From: Flavobacteriales bacterium
GTDB taxonomy: Bacteria > Bacteroidota > Bacteroidia > NS11-12g > UBA955
DNA length: 64,000 nucleotides
Assembly: GCA_947496375.1 (NCBI GenBank)
Contig: CANMCY010000001.1
Location: 70,756-134,755, forward strand
Direction: 5' to 3'
The number at the start of each line of letters is the position of its first letter. The stretch's first letter is position 1. The notes beneath the pieces are model-generated. The model saw only the letters and a program-made list of their open reading frames with translations. It had not been told where the DNA came from and made no database searches. Shown here one piece after another: positions 19,414-29,600 of this stretch. The translations under genes and the position numbers were made by a program.

Positions 19414-19460
19414 TTTTGTGTAATATTTGTTCCTTGGTTTCACAAACCTTTTACACAAAA
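19414..19460. promoter_or_regulatory. Perfect 10-bp inverted repeat TTTTGTGTAA-N27-TTACACAAAA in the murB/crtZ divergent intergenic region, with a nested GGTTT-cac-AAACC mini-palindrome in the spacer
   Basis: Seen directly; the right arm ends 16 nt before the crtZ ATG. Confidence 0.4.
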
Positions 19461-19476
19461 CCGTGTTTCTTTCAAA

Positions 19477-19929
19477 ATGAGTATTCTGTCCCATACGCTT
19501 ATCACACTCTTTTTTTTCATACTAATGGAAGGAGTGGCCTGGTTTACCCACAAATATATTATGCACGGATTCGGATGGGTCTGGCACCAAAGTCATCATG
19601 AGCCCCGCAAAGGAAAATTAGAGTTGAATGATTTGTACGGGATGGTATTCGCAGTGCCTTCATGTCTACTGATTATTTATGGTAGTGAAAATATGGATTG
19701 GCGCTTTTCAGCAGGTTTGGGAATCGCCTTATATGGATTGGCGTATTTTTTGGTTCACGATGTTTTTGTTCACCAAAGGGTTAAATGGCTAACCAAAACC
19801 CAGGTGCCCTATTTCAGAGCCATGCGTCTAACCCATCATCTGCATCACGCCGTGCATACCAAAGAAGGGGCAGAAGCATTTGGATTTTTGTTCGTGTTGC
19901 CAAAATATGTGAGGAGGTTCCGTGGCTAA
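19477..19929 (+). CDS. crtZ: Beta-carotene 3-hydroxylase
   Basis: Four His boxes (HKYIMH, HQSHH, HDVFVH, HHLHH) of the sterol desaturase / CrtZ family; 150 aa. Confidence 0.85.
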   Translation: MSILSHTLITLFFFILMEGVAWFTHKYIMHGFGWVWHQSHHEPRKGKLELNDLYGMVFAVPSCLLIIYGSENMDWRFSAGLGIALYGLAYFLVHDVFVHQRVKWLTKTQVPYFRAMRLTHHLHHAVHTKEGAEAFGFLFVLPKYVRRFRG

Positions 19930-21403
19930 GAAGGTAATCATTGCAGGAGCAGGTCTGGGAGGCCTCAGCACAGCGCTGCGACTTGCCTATGCGGGATATG
20001 AGGTTGAATTGCTGGAACAGCATCACCGACCTGGCGGGAGGCTCAATTTGCTGGAAAAAGATGGTTTCACATTCGATATTGGACCCTCGTTTTTTAGCAT
20101 GAGTTATGAATTCCACGAGTTGTTCAACAGCATAGGAGAGCCCATGCCTTTTGAGCTAAACGAGTTGAATCCTCTCTATACTGTTAATATTGAAGGCCGC
20201 GACAAGGTTTATCGTATTTTCAAGGACCTGGAAAAACTGGCTCAGGAATTTAGTGCCATCGAGCCCGATTTTGAGCGAAAAGCGGAGAAATATCTCAAAA
20301 GAGCCGGTGAAGTTTTTCATGATACGGAATACCGAATCGTAAAGAAAAATTTCAACGGCATGCTTCCATTTCTGCTCAGTATGGCATCAGTGCCCAAAAA
20401 ACATCTCCCCAAAATGTTTCGCAGCTTTTGGGCCGAGTTGGAAAGGCACTTCGAAAGTGAAGATGTGAAAATTATTTTTTCTCTGGTGGCATTTTTCTTG
20501 GGTGCTACGCCTTTTAATACACCCTCAGTTTATAATCTACTCAATTATACGGAACTAAAACATGATGGTTACTGGAATGTGAAGGGTGGTATGTATAAAA
20601 TCGCTGAGGGCATTATTTCACTGTTGAATAAAAAAGGGGTAAAAATTCATTGCAATACCCGCGTAGTATCTGTTCAGGAGAAACATGGTAAAATGGTTTC
20701 ACTAACCGATCAAAACGGTAAAATCTGGACAGCGGATTTGTTCGTTATCAATGCTGATGCGGCATCATTCCGAGGTAAATTCCTCAACAGACCTGCGTTT
20801 ACCGAGAAAAAACTGGATAAAATGGACTGGACCCTTGCACCTTTCACGATCTATTTGGGGGTGAAGGGTAAAATGGATGGCATTGCACACCATAATTATT
20901 TCCTGGGCAACAACTTCAGGCAGTACGCCGATACCATTTTCAGAAGCACAGTAGCACCGGATAAACCCTACTATTATGTGAATGTGGCCAGTAAAAGCAA
21001 TCCTGAATGTGCGCCTGAGGGGTGTGAGAATTTATTCATTTTGTGCCCCGTACCCGACCGCCGTGTGAAACCTGACTGGAACGATGCGAATAAACTGGCC
21101 GATGATATCATCGCGGATTTAAGTAAACGCGTAGGATATGATATTGCGGCCAATACCCTCACACGAACCATCTATACACCGGTGGAATGGGAGCAGATGT
21201 TTTCGCTTTATCGCGGCAGCGGACTGGGTCTGGCCCATGGCATGAATCAAATTGGGGCTTTTCGTCCCGCCAACAAAGACGAAAAGCTGAATAATGTATA
21301 TTATGTTGGGGCAAGCACCCACCCGGGTACCGGTTTGCCCATTGTTGTAATAGGTTCTAAATTAATAACTGAAAAAATCACCCATGAGCATCCAGCTGTT
21401 TGA
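19922..21403 (+). CDS. crtI: Phytoene desaturase
   Basis: N-terminal GAGLGGL Rossmann motif, ELLEQHHRPGGR, 493 aa; overlaps crtZ by 8 nt. Confidence 0.85.
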   Translation: MAKKVIIAGAGLGGLSTALRLAYAGYEVELLEQHHRPGGRLNLLEKDGFTFDIGPSFFSMSYEFHELFNSIGEPMPFELNELNPLYTVNIEGRDKVYRIFKDLEKLAQEFSAIEPDFERKAEKYLKRAGEVFHDTEYRIVKKNFNGMLPFLLSMASVPKKHLPKMFRSFWAELERHFESEDVKIIFSLVAFFLGATPFNTPSVYNLLNYTELKHDGYWNVKGGMYKIAEGIISLLNKKGVKIHCNTRVVSVQEKHGKMVSLTDQNGKIWTADLFVINADAASFRGKFLNRPAFTEKKLDKMDWTLAPFTIYLGVKGKMDGIAHHNYFLGNNFRQYADTIFRSTVAPDKPYYYVNVASKSNPECAPEGCENLFILCPVPDRRVKPDWNDANKLADDIIADLSKRVGYDIAANTLTRTIYTPVEWEQMFSLYRGSGLGLAHGMNQIGAFRPANKDEKLNNVYYVGASTHPGTGLPIVVIGSKLITEKITHEHPAV

Positions 21404-22229
21404 TAAGACATCTTCAGATATAAGCAAGCGTGTAGCCCTTAATTATAGCACCAGTTTCTCGCTGGGTATACGTTTATTGTCCAAAGAATACCGCTGGGCG
21501 GTTTTTGCTATATACGGGTTTGTGCGTGTGGCCGATGAAATCGTGGATACCTTCCATAACCACGACAAAAGAAAACTGCTGGAAGAATTTAAACATCAAA
21601 CCTATGCCGCCATCGACGCGGGTATTAGCACCAATCCTGTTTTGCATTCATTCCAGCTGGCTGTACATAATTTTGGTATTGGCAAAGACCTAATAGAGCC
21701 ATTTTTTGTTTCTATGGCCCTGGATCTGGATAAAAATACTTACGACAATGACGGATATGAAACCTACATCTATGGCAGCGCCGAGGTGGTAGGCCTCATG
21801 TGTTTAAGGGTGTTTTGCAATAACAACGCTGAACAATATGAACGTCTATTACCCCATGCAAGAAGTCTGGGTGCCGCTTTCCAGAAAGTAAATTTTCTTC
21901 GCGATCTAAAAAGTGATGTGGACGATAGAGGTCGGGTTTATTTCCCCGGTGTGGATTTTAATGCGTTCAGCGAAAATGACAAAAATCAAATTATTGCCGA
22001 CATAAAAAAGGATTTTTCTCATGCTTTCGAGGGAATTAAAAAACTTCCTGTGGGTTGCCGTCTTGGCGTGTATACAGCGTATATCTATTACCTGAAACTC
22101 CTAGAAAAGATACAGCGCAGTTCGGCAGAAGAAATTGCCGGAAGCCGCATTCGTATACCCAATGGCCAAAAATTGATGCTGCTGGCCAAAAGCTACGTGA
22201 AAGAGCGCATGATGCGCGCTGCCTTATAA
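21384..22229 (+). CDS. crtB: Phytoene synthase
   Basis: Squalene/phytoene synthase motifs (YGFVRVADEIVD; FQKVNFLRDLKSD); overlaps crtI by 20 nt. Confidence 0.85.
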   Translation: MSIQLFDKTSSDISKRVALNYSTSFSLGIRLLSKEYRWAVFAIYGFVRVADEIVDTFHNHDKRKLLEEFKHQTYAAIDAGISTNPVLHSFQLAVHNFGIGKDLIEPFFVSMALDLDKNTYDNDGYETYIYGSAEVVGLMCLRVFCNNNAEQYERLLPHARSLGAAFQKVNFLRDLKSDVDDRGRVYFPGVDFNAFSENDKNQIIADIKKDFSHAFEGIKKLPVGCRLGVYTAYIYYLKLLEKIQRSSAEEIAGSRIRIPNGQKLMLLAKSYVKERMMRAAL

Positions 22230-22235
22230 TTCTGT

Positions 22236-23594
22236 TTATCCAAAAAGCCAGGAAAACATCTCATCTACCCGGCTGAATTGTCTTACTTTTATTTTCCCTT
22301 TTAAGGCAGGAATTTTGCAGTATTTGGAAACAATGATTTCTTCAAATCCGAGTTTTTCGGCTTCTGATATTCGTTGTTCAGCCCGCTGAACAGCCCTGAT
22401 TTCTCCGCTTAGGCCAATTTCTCCGGAAAAAACGGTTTTTGATGGAATGCATATACCCTGGTAGCTGCTCATAATGGCGGCCACAGCGGCCAGGTCCAGC
22501 GCCGGGTCTTCAATCCGAATACCTCCGGCAAGGTTGATGAAAACATCCTGAGCGCCCAGCCGAAAACCACAGCGTTTTTCTAAAACTGCCAGCAGCATGT
22601 TCAGTCTGCGCAGATCAAAACCGGTGCAGGAACGTTGTGGTGTTCCATAAACTGCAGTGCTTACCAACGACTGTGTTTCCAGCAAAATGGGTCGTACTCC
22701 CTCCATGGCCACGGCTATGGCCACGCCTGAAATATCCTCATCCCGCTCTACCAAAAAAACCTGGGAAGGATTTTTGACGGTAGACAGGCCACTGCCGCTC
22801 ATTTCGTAAATTCCCATCTCATGGGTGCTCCCAAATCGATTTTTCAGGGTTCTTAGCAAACGGAAATGATAGTTTCTGTCCCCTTCAAATTGCAAAACAG
22901 TATCTACCATGTGTTCCAGTATTTTTGGTCCTGCGATGCTTCCATCCTTCGTAATGTGCCCAATTAAAAATACCGAAACCTGGTTTTCTTTGGCAAAACG
23001 CAGCAATTGCCCTGCACATTCCCTGATTTGTGAAACACTTCCGGGTGTGGCCTCGAGCAGGTCACTGTAAAGGGTTTGTATTGAGTCTATAATGACAACC
23101 TCAGGTTTCAGGGTTTGCATGGTTTGCAAAACCGCCTCCAGCCGTGTCTCCGTAATAACCATACATTGTTCGTTGTCTATCCCAATCCGGTCGGCACGCA
23201 ACTTTACCTGTTCGGCACTTTCTTCTCCTGAAACATAGGCGACCGGTAACTTAAGCTTGAGCGCGATTTGTAGCAACAGTGTGCTTTTGCCAATGCCGGG
23301 CTCTCCACCAAGAAGTACCAGACTCCCGGGAACCAGTCCGCCACCCAGCACCAGATTGAGTTCATCGTCCGGCATGGCTACCCGCTCTGTTTTTTCTGAC
23401 GTTATCTCCTTCACATTTTGGGGAATGGATTTTTCCCCTGTTGTGGATTTGGTCCATCCACTGGGACCGGTTTTTATAGATACAACCTCCTCCTTGAGTG
23501 AGTTCCATGCCCCACAAGCGTTGCATTTGCCGGCCCACTTGGAACTTTCTGCTCCACATTCACCGCAGAAGAATACCGTTTTGCTTTTGGCCAT
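22236..23594 (-). CDS. radA: DNA repair protein RadA/Sms
   Basis: N-terminal C4 zinc finger (CGECGAESSKWAGKCNACGAW), Walker A GEPGIGKST, KNRFG motif, Lon-like C-terminus. Confidence 0.9.
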   Translation of the reverse strand: MAKSKTVFFCGECGAESSKWAGKCNACGAWNSLKEEVVSIKTGPSGWTKSTTGEKSIPQNVKEITSEKTERVAMPDDELNLVLGGGLVPGSLVLLGGEPGIGKSTLLLQIALKLKLPVAYVSGEESAEQVKLRADRIGIDNEQCMVITETRLEAVLQTMQTLKPEVVIIDSIQTLYSDLLEATPGSVSQIRECAGQLLRFAKENQVSVFLIGHITKDGSIAGPKILEHMVDTVLQFEGDRNYHFRLLRTLKNRFGSTHEMGIYEMSGSGLSTVKNPSQVFLVERDEDISGVAIAVAMEGVRPILLETQSLVSTAVYGTPQRSCTGFDLRRLNMLLAVLEKRCGFRLGAQDVFINLAGGIRIEDPALDLAAVAAIMSSYQGICIPSKTVFSGEIGLSGEIRAVQRAEQRISEAEKLGFEEIIVSKYCKIPALKGKIKVRQFSRVDEMFSWLFG

Positions 23595-23713
23595 GTCGCA
23601 ATTTATGATGGCAATCGGGTTGGTTTGTTATCAACTTTTGCACGTTTTTTATTTAGAAAGATTATAAACAATTAACCCAAATGTCTGTTTAATGCTTAAT
23701 TTTGTACTAGATT

Positions 23714-24283
23714 ATGGAAACCACAGCGGATAACTTTGTAACCATTTACGCGGAGGCAACACCCAATCCTGAAAGCATGAAGTTTGTTTCAAGCAAGATG
23801 CTGCTCCCAAATGACAGTGCCGATTTCAGAACGGCAGATTCAGCCACTGATTCTGAGTTGGCGAAAGCTTTGTTTGAAATGCCTTTCGTGAAAGGGGTTT
23901 TTATCATGAATAATTTTGTTTCGGTTACCAAAAACAACGATTACGAGTGGTTTGATCTGATTCCCGATTTACGTCAGTTTTTTCAGGAATGGATACAGGA
24001 GGGAAAATCCATTGTTTCGCCCAAAAAAGAACTTACACCAGAGCAGGAGGGTGAAGTGGAGCGTAAAATCCGGCAGCTGCTGGAAGACCATGTTCGTCCG
24101 GCAGTAGAAATGGATGGTGGAGCCATTGATTTTAAAAGTTTCCAAAACGGAATTGTCACTGTGCAAATGAAAGGCAGCTGTTCCGGTTGTCCGTCCTCTA
24201 CCATGACGCTAAAAGCGGGTATTGAAAATCTACTGAAACGGATGGTGCCTGAGGTGCAGTCTGTGGAAGCAGAGGCCGGTTGA
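23714..24283 (+). CDS. NifU-like Fe-S cluster scaffold/carrier (Nfu N-terminal domain plus NifU C-terminal CxxC domain)
   Basis: C-terminal MKGSCSGCPSSTMTLK motif. Candidate -7 box TAatTTTG at 23697..23704, 9 nt upstream of the ATG. Confidence 0.7.
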   Translation: METTADNFVTIYAEATPNPESMKFVSSKMLLPNDSADFRTADSATDSELAKALFEMPFVKGVFIMNNFVSVTKNNDYEWFDLIPDLRQFFQEWIQEGKSIVSPKKELTPEQEGEVERKIRQLLEDHVRPAVEMDGGAIDFKSFQNGIVTVQMKGSCSGCPSSTMTLKAGIENLLKRMVPEVQSVEAEAG

Positions 24284-24352
24284 GAATAGAATATTTTGAT
24301 GTGCAATGCGATTATCGTTGCATTTCCTTTTATTTGCTGTTAAATCTTTCTT

Positions 24353-26242
24353 ATGTCCAATACCTTACCCAAAGAATTCAAAGATCCTGATTTCAAATCA
24401 CTGCATCAGTTTTTTCTTAATTCAGCCCATCATATTCACACCCCTGATACGGTTTATTTAACCCGCAAGGAGTCCGGTAAATGGGTGGATTATACCTACC
24501 GCGATTTATTAAGCTACGTGGATTGCCTTACCGGCTGGCTGATGAGCCGCGGTTTGCAAAAAGGAGACCGCGTGGCACTCATTCTTGAAAATAGTCCTGA
24601 ATTTTATTGCATAGATCAGGCCCTGCAAAAATTGGGCATTATCAACGTGAGCATATATCCTACCCTCACAGCAGATGAAACAGCTTTTATACTGAATGAT
24701 TCAGGAGCCAGAATTCTTTTTGTGGGAAATCCTTTCCTGCTGAAGAAGTTTAAGAAGGTAGAAGATAAATGTGCTGCGGTTGAGGTGGTGGTGAGTTTTC
24801 CGGAAGATGTGGAAACCGATGAAAAGTTGGTTACCTACAGGCAGATTCTGGAACAGGGAAGAGCATTATTTCCTGCATGGAGTGAGCAGATTGAATCTAG
24901 GTTTCAAGAAGTGGGTCATGATGATATTGCTACCCTGATTTACACATCGGGCACAACCGGTGTTCCCAAGGGTGCAATGCTCACACATTACAATTTTTTG
25001 AGCAACTGCTATGATGCCAATGATCTGGTGCCGGATATCACCAAAGATGATAAATTTTTGAGCTTCTTGCCCCTAAGTCATGTATTTGAGCGTATGGCCT
25101 ATTATCTCACTACCTACCTGGGATCCTCCGTGGCGTTTGCCGAAAATATTGATAAAGTGGCACAAAATATAGCTGAAGTGAAACCCACCCTCATGGCTGC
25201 GGTTCCACGATTGCTGGAAAGAGTGCACGATAGGGTAATGAAAACCGGTACTGAGGCAGGTGGAATGAAGGCTAATATTTTCCTGTGGGCGCTCTCGGTA
25301 GGGGAGAAGGCACGCAAAACCAAAGATGAAGGTAAATCACGCGGCCCTTGGTTATCGGTCCGATATGCCATAGCAGAGAAGCTGGTCTTTTCCAAGATTA
25401 AACAAAAAATGGGTGGCCGCCTAAAGTTGTTTGTATCCGGTGGTGGAGCACTGCCCCCGCATGTTGGCGAGTTTTTTGCCAACCTGGGTATTCAGGTGCA
25501 GGAAGGGTTCGGACTCACCGAAACTTCTCCTTTCATCACGGTGAATGAGTACAATCGCCAGGTTTACGGCACTGTAGGCCGCGTTGCCCCCCGTCAGCAG
25601 GTAGCCATTCAAAACCCCGACACCAAAGAAATTTATACGGTTCAGACTTACCATACGTTTAAACCCGATTTTGTATCTGAGGAAGGAGAAATTCTCTCAA
25701 AGGGACCCAATGTGATGAAGGGATATTGGAAGAATCAGACAGAGACAGACAAGGTTTTTGATCAGGACGGCTGGTTCCATACCGGAGATATTGGCCGCTT
25801 TGAAAAGGGATACCTTAAAATTACCGATCGACTGAAAAACATGTTGGTTACCTCTTTGGGTAAGAATATTTATCCTACACAGCTGGAAAACAATTTCCTC
25901 AAAAGCCCTAAGATTGAGCAGATTTTCATTATTGGTGATAAGCAGGAATTTGTAACCGCCATCATTGTTCCTGCCATGGAAGAGGCCATTGCCCGTGGCA
26001 TTCCTGCTTCAGTATTTGAACATGAAGATGCCTTCATCGAAAATGATGAACTGAGGCAATGGCTGGGAGAAGATGTGAAAAAATACAATGAAAACCTGGC
26101 CAAATTTGAGCGGGTTAAAGATTTCCTAATTAAAAGGACTCCTTTTTCCATTGAGGATGGAGATATGACCATTACCCTGAAAGTGAAGCGCAAGGTGGTG
26201 ATGGAGAAATTCAATGACGCCATCAACAAGCTTTATGCGTGA
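24353..26242 (+). CDS. Long-chain fatty-acid--CoA ligase (AMP-dependent synthetase)
   Basis: AMP-binding motif IYTSGTTGVPKGAMLTH; GDIGRFEKGYLKITDRLKN. Confidence 0.8.
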   Translation: MSNTLPKEFKDPDFKSLHQFFLNSAHHIHTPDTVYLTRKESGKWVDYTYRDLLSYVDCLTGWLMSRGLQKGDRVALILENSPEFYCIDQALQKLGIINVSIYPTLTADETAFILNDSGARILFVGNPFLLKKFKKVEDKCAAVEVVVSFPEDVETDEKLVTYRQILEQGRALFPAWSEQIESRFQEVGHDDIATLIYTSGTTGVPKGAMLTHYNFLSNCYDANDLVPDITKDDKFLSFLPLSHVFERMAYYLTTYLGSSVAFAENIDKVAQNIAEVKPTLMAAVPRLLERVHDRVMKTGTEAGGMKANIFLWALSVGEKARKTKDEGKSRGPWLSVRYAIAEKLVFSKIKQKMGGRLKLFVSGGGALPPHVGEFFANLGIQVQEGFGLTETSPFITVNEYNRQVYGTVGRVAPRQQVAIQNPDTKEIYTVQTYHTFKPDFVSEEGEILSKGPNVMKGYWKNQTETDKVFDQDGWFHTGDIGRFEKGYLKITDRLKNMLVTSLGKNIYPTQLENNFLKSPKIEQIFIIGDKQEFVTAIIVPAMEEAIARGIPASVFEHEDAFIENDELRQWLGEDVKKYNENLAKFERVKDFLIKRTPFSIEDGDMTITLKVKRKVVMEKFNDAINKLYA

Positions 26243-26342
26243 AAAAGTAGAATATTATCAATTATCCACAATTTGTTGATATTAATCAGATGTTAGCGGT
26301 TAATTAAAGCTTACTTTTGTGTAAGTTTTAAGGATAACCCAT

Positions 26343-27362
26343 TTGAATATTTACCTCGCTCTTGGTTTATTTTCGGTGTGCAGTGCGGGTGCTGTGCTTT
26401 TTTTGAAACTAGCCAGAATGTATGGTCTGCACGATCACCCCGGCGGCAGAAGCTCACACTGGAAGCCAACGGTTACCGGAATGGGCTTGATAGTGGCTCT
26501 GTCATTAATCACTTATCTTATTTGGCATCCCTACCAGCTCCCTGAATATTTTGTGGCCGGATTTTTCATTATTTCTGCAGTAAGTTTCCTCGATGACCTC
26601 TTTTTTCTGAAGCACTCATTCAGGTTGCTTGTTCAGATGCTCACCATGGCCATGCTTATGGCGCAAATGCCATTTCATAGTTTTGGAGCAGAGGTTATTC
26701 CTATTTACCTGGCATCTTTCATCTTTGGAATTGGGGTATTAAATGCCTACAACTTTATGGATGGGGTGAATGGCATGCTCACACTGCACGCTTTGCTGGT
26801 ATTCAGCGGACTTTATTATCTTAATCAGCACATTACGGATATGCAGGGTAACGCCATCCCCTTTACAGATTCTAATTTTATCCTTAGTATCATTATTCCT
26901 CTTGCCATTTTTGGGTTTTTCAATATACGCAAGTCCGCCATTGCTTTTATGGGTGATGTAGGTAGTATATCGATTGCCTTCATCACCGTTTTTCTGATTT
27001 ACTCGCTTATTTTTAAAACCGGTAATTACATGTACCTGCTGATGTTTAGCGTGTTTGGCGCGGATGCAGCACTCACAGTGTGTTATAAACTATTGCTGGG
27101 AGAAAATATCTTCGTTCCCCACCGTGATTTTTTGTTTAAGAAATTGGTTCACATCCGCAAATGGTCACACTTGAAAGTGAGCTTCTGGTATTTCGCAGTG
27201 CAAGCCATCATCAACCTGATTGTGATTGGTTTATTCCCGACTACGCCTAAATTAAGCACTCAGATTTCTGTACTTTTCATAGGATGCATTTTATTGATTG
27301 GTTTATACGTATATGTTCAGTCACGTATGCCCAGGAAGCAAATTGCCAGGTCAAAACCATAG
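26343..27362 (+). CDS. Glycosyltransferase family 4 (WecA/MraY-like polyprenyl-phosphate sugar-1-phosphate transferase)
   Basis: Multi-TM protein with DDLFFL and NAYNFMDGVNG motifs; candidate -7 box TActTTTG at 26312..26319. Confidence 0.7.
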   Translation: MNIYLALGLFSVCSAGAVLFLKLARMYGLHDHPGGRSSHWKPTVTGMGLIVALSLITYLIWHPYQLPEYFVAGFFIISAVSFLDDLFFLKHSFRLLVQMLTMAMLMAQMPFHSFGAEVIPIYLASFIFGIGVLNAYNFMDGVNGMLTLHALLVFSGLYYLNQHITDMQGNAIPFTDSNFILSIIIPLAIFGFFNIRKSAIAFMGDVGSISIAFITVFLIYSLIFKTGNYMYLLMFSVFGADAALTVCYKLLLGENIFVPHRDFLFKKLVHIRKWSHLKVSFWYFAVQAIINLIVIGLFPTTPKLSTQISVLFIGCILLIGLYVYVQSRMPRKQIARSKP

Positions 27363-28019
27363 TTTGATGGCGATGAAAAACACCATCTGAATTATCAGCA
27401 GAGAAGTTGCAATCGCATTTCTTTCCGGTTTCACCATCATCAGATACAAGCGTATCAGCACAAAGGAACACAAAAACCATGCAATGTAATTTTGCAATGG
27501 GATATTGCCGCCTTGCCAATACCACATGCCCATTTTAACCGCCGCAGGTTCCATCACAAAATCATAAAGGGTCATGATGCAGGCCCCTGCCAGCGATATT
27601 AACCACGCATTCCCAATTCTGCCGGATAAAGTTGATACCACAAAATAAATTAGCATCGCCCAGTTTAAACCTATAAGGTATGGGATTCCTTCCCAGTCGG
27701 GCCCCAACGTTTTTCCATAAAAATATTGCCCAAAAATCAATCCGGTATGTACGCCGGCATACTCAATAAAGAAACCGCATAATCCCGAACAAATCAGTCC
27801 CATAAACAGTCCCGGGTTCCATTTTTTTTGAAAAACCAGGGGCACGATAAAGGATAAGATCAGGTTTAGCGGTGTAAGCCCAATTACCTGTGGTCGGGTT
27901 GCCTGAAATAAAAGCCCGGTCAAGCCCACAGCATATACAATACCGGCAATCCCTACTACCCGTTTTTCAGCGCTTTGCATGGTGTTTTTGAATGATGATG
28001 TCGCTTGCAATATTACCAC
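27351..28019 (-). CDS. Carotenoid biosynthesis membrane protein (DUF422 / CruF-like putative carotenoid 1',2'-hydratase)
   Basis: 222-aa polytopic membrane protein adjacent to, and overlapping, the crtD-like desaturase gene. The family assignment is from memory of DUF422 genes in carotenoid clusters. Confidence 0.45.
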   Translation of the reverse strand: MVILQATSSFKNTMQSAEKRVVGIAGIVYAVGLTGLLFQATRPQVIGLTPLNLILSFIVPLVFQKKWNPGLFMGLICSGLCGFFIEYAGVHTGLIFGQYFYGKTLGPDWEGIPYLIGLNWAMLIYFVVSTLSGRIGNAWLISLAGACIMTLYDFVMEPAAVKMGMWYWQGGNIPLQNYIAWFLCSFVLIRLYLMMVKPERNAIATSLLIIQMVFFIAIKLWF

Positions 28020-29427
28020 CTAAAACGCATAAAGGGATGCCTCCTCCGGGATGCACGCTGCCACCGCAAAAATAAAGTTCCCGTGTGGCAGCAGAAAAAT
28101 TGGCCTGCCTGAAAAATGCCGACATAAGGTTATTGCTACTGCTTCCGTATAGTGACCCGAAGGTGCTTCCCGTTTGCTTTTCAATGCGAACCGGGTCTAA
28201 AAATTCTTCAAAAACGATCAAAGGGCCTATTTCACATTGCAGCATTTTACTAATCTTCCTTAAAATTAATTCCTTCGCTTTTTGTCTGTATGCTTCCCAG
28301 TTTTGTCCTTTATTAGCCGGAGCGTTTATCATCACAAACCAGTTTTCACATCCCTCCGGTGCATCTGTAGGTTCTTCTTTACTGCTGATATTGATGTATA
28401 CAGTTGGGTCTTTACACAATGTTCCTCGATCAAAAATGCTTTCAAATTCCTCCTTGTAATCACTGCTGAAAAAGATATTGTGCAAATCCAATGAAGGGAA
28501 AGTGCCTTTGATTCCCCAGTAAAAAATGAGGGCCGAGCTGCTTGGCTCAGATTTTTTTATTTTGGCAGGCAGTGACTGATTGAGCAGTTGATACGTCAAT
28601 CTCACATCCAGATTGGAAACTACCATATCCGATTCATGCGTTATACCATTGGCTACCAAACCGGTGATTTGATTGTGCTTTTGGGTGATTGAAGATATGC
28701 TGTGTTTAAAGTGAAATTTCACCCCCAGTAATTCGGCCTGCTTTTGAAGCGCACGGGCTATCGAGATCATACCTCCCTTTGGGAAATAGGCCCCCATACC
28801 CATTTCCAGGTGGGGGATTACATTCAGTGTGGATGGAGCCTTCCAGGGATTAGATCCATTATAGGTTGCGTATCTGTTAAAAAGTTGTATGAGGTTTGGG
28901 TTTTTAAATCGCTTGCTATTGGCTTTGTGCATACTGCGGTGAATGCCTATGAAAGGTAAATTGACTATTCCGCGAAGTCCTGTTGCAGTGGTGTATGTAG
29001 ATCGTTTGTGAAGGCTTTTTTCAAGGAAAACCGGTGCCGTAATTTCATACAAATACTTGCTGTATTTAAGGTGGTTATTTATGGCATTTTTATCCTCATT
29101 GAATATTTTCGCTGCCTGAACCGTGAAGATTTCAGGTTCGGCAGGGCATGGAAAGAAGGTTCCATCGGCGAAAAAATAGTGGCAGAGGGTGTTTAATTTT
29201 TTAAATTGGAATGAAATATCCTCCGATAACAGGTTTTTTATGTAATGCGGCATGGTAAACAGAGAAGGGCCTGCATCGAAGCGAAAACCCGACCCTGATA
29301 TTTCTGCAAGTTTTCCGCCGGCTACATCTTTTTGCTCAAACACATGCACTTCAAAACCTTCTCTGGCAAGTCTTATAGCCGCTGTGAGCCCGCCTATTCC
29401 GGCGCCTGCTATACACACCTTTTTCAC
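27967..29427 (-). CDS. crtD: Phytoene-desaturase-family carotenoid desaturase (CrtD-like 3',4'-desaturase)
   Basis: N-terminal GAGIGGLTAAIRLAREGFEVHVFEQ Rossmann motif, 486 aa; CrtI family but distinct from the crtI at 19922. Confidence 0.65.
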   Translation of the reverse strand: MKKVCIAGAGIGGLTAAIRLAREGFEVHVFEQKDVAGGKLAEISGSGFRFDAGPSLFTMPHYIKNLLSEDISFQFKKLNTLCHYFFADGTFFPCPAEPEIFTVQAAKIFNEDKNAINNHLKYSKYLYEITAPVFLEKSLHKRSTYTTATGLRGIVNLPFIGIHRSMHKANSKRFKNPNLIQLFNRYATYNGSNPWKAPSTLNVIPHLEMGMGAYFPKGGMISIARALQKQAELLGVKFHFKHSISSITQKHNQITGLVANGITHESDMVVSNLDVRLTYQLLNQSLPAKIKKSEPSSSALIFYWGIKGTFPSLDLHNIFFSSDYKEEFESIFDRGTLCKDPTVYINISSKEEPTDAPEGCENWFVMINAPANKGQNWEAYRQKAKELILRKISKMLQCEIGPLIVFEEFLDPVRIEKQTGSTFGSLYGSSSNNLMSAFFRQANFSAATRELYFCGGSVHPGGGIPLCVLGGNIASDIIIQKHHAKR

Positions 29428-29600
29428 TGTGCAAATAACCGAAAAATGGGTTTAATTGTTTGAAAAATATGCTTTTAAAATTGCCTTGAGTGTAGAAACG
29501 GAAACTTTTTTATAAAAAAAATAAAAAAAAAATATGGAAAGTATTGCATTTTTATTTTTCACTTTTATTTTTGCCGCACATTTAATCAGGAAAACACAAA

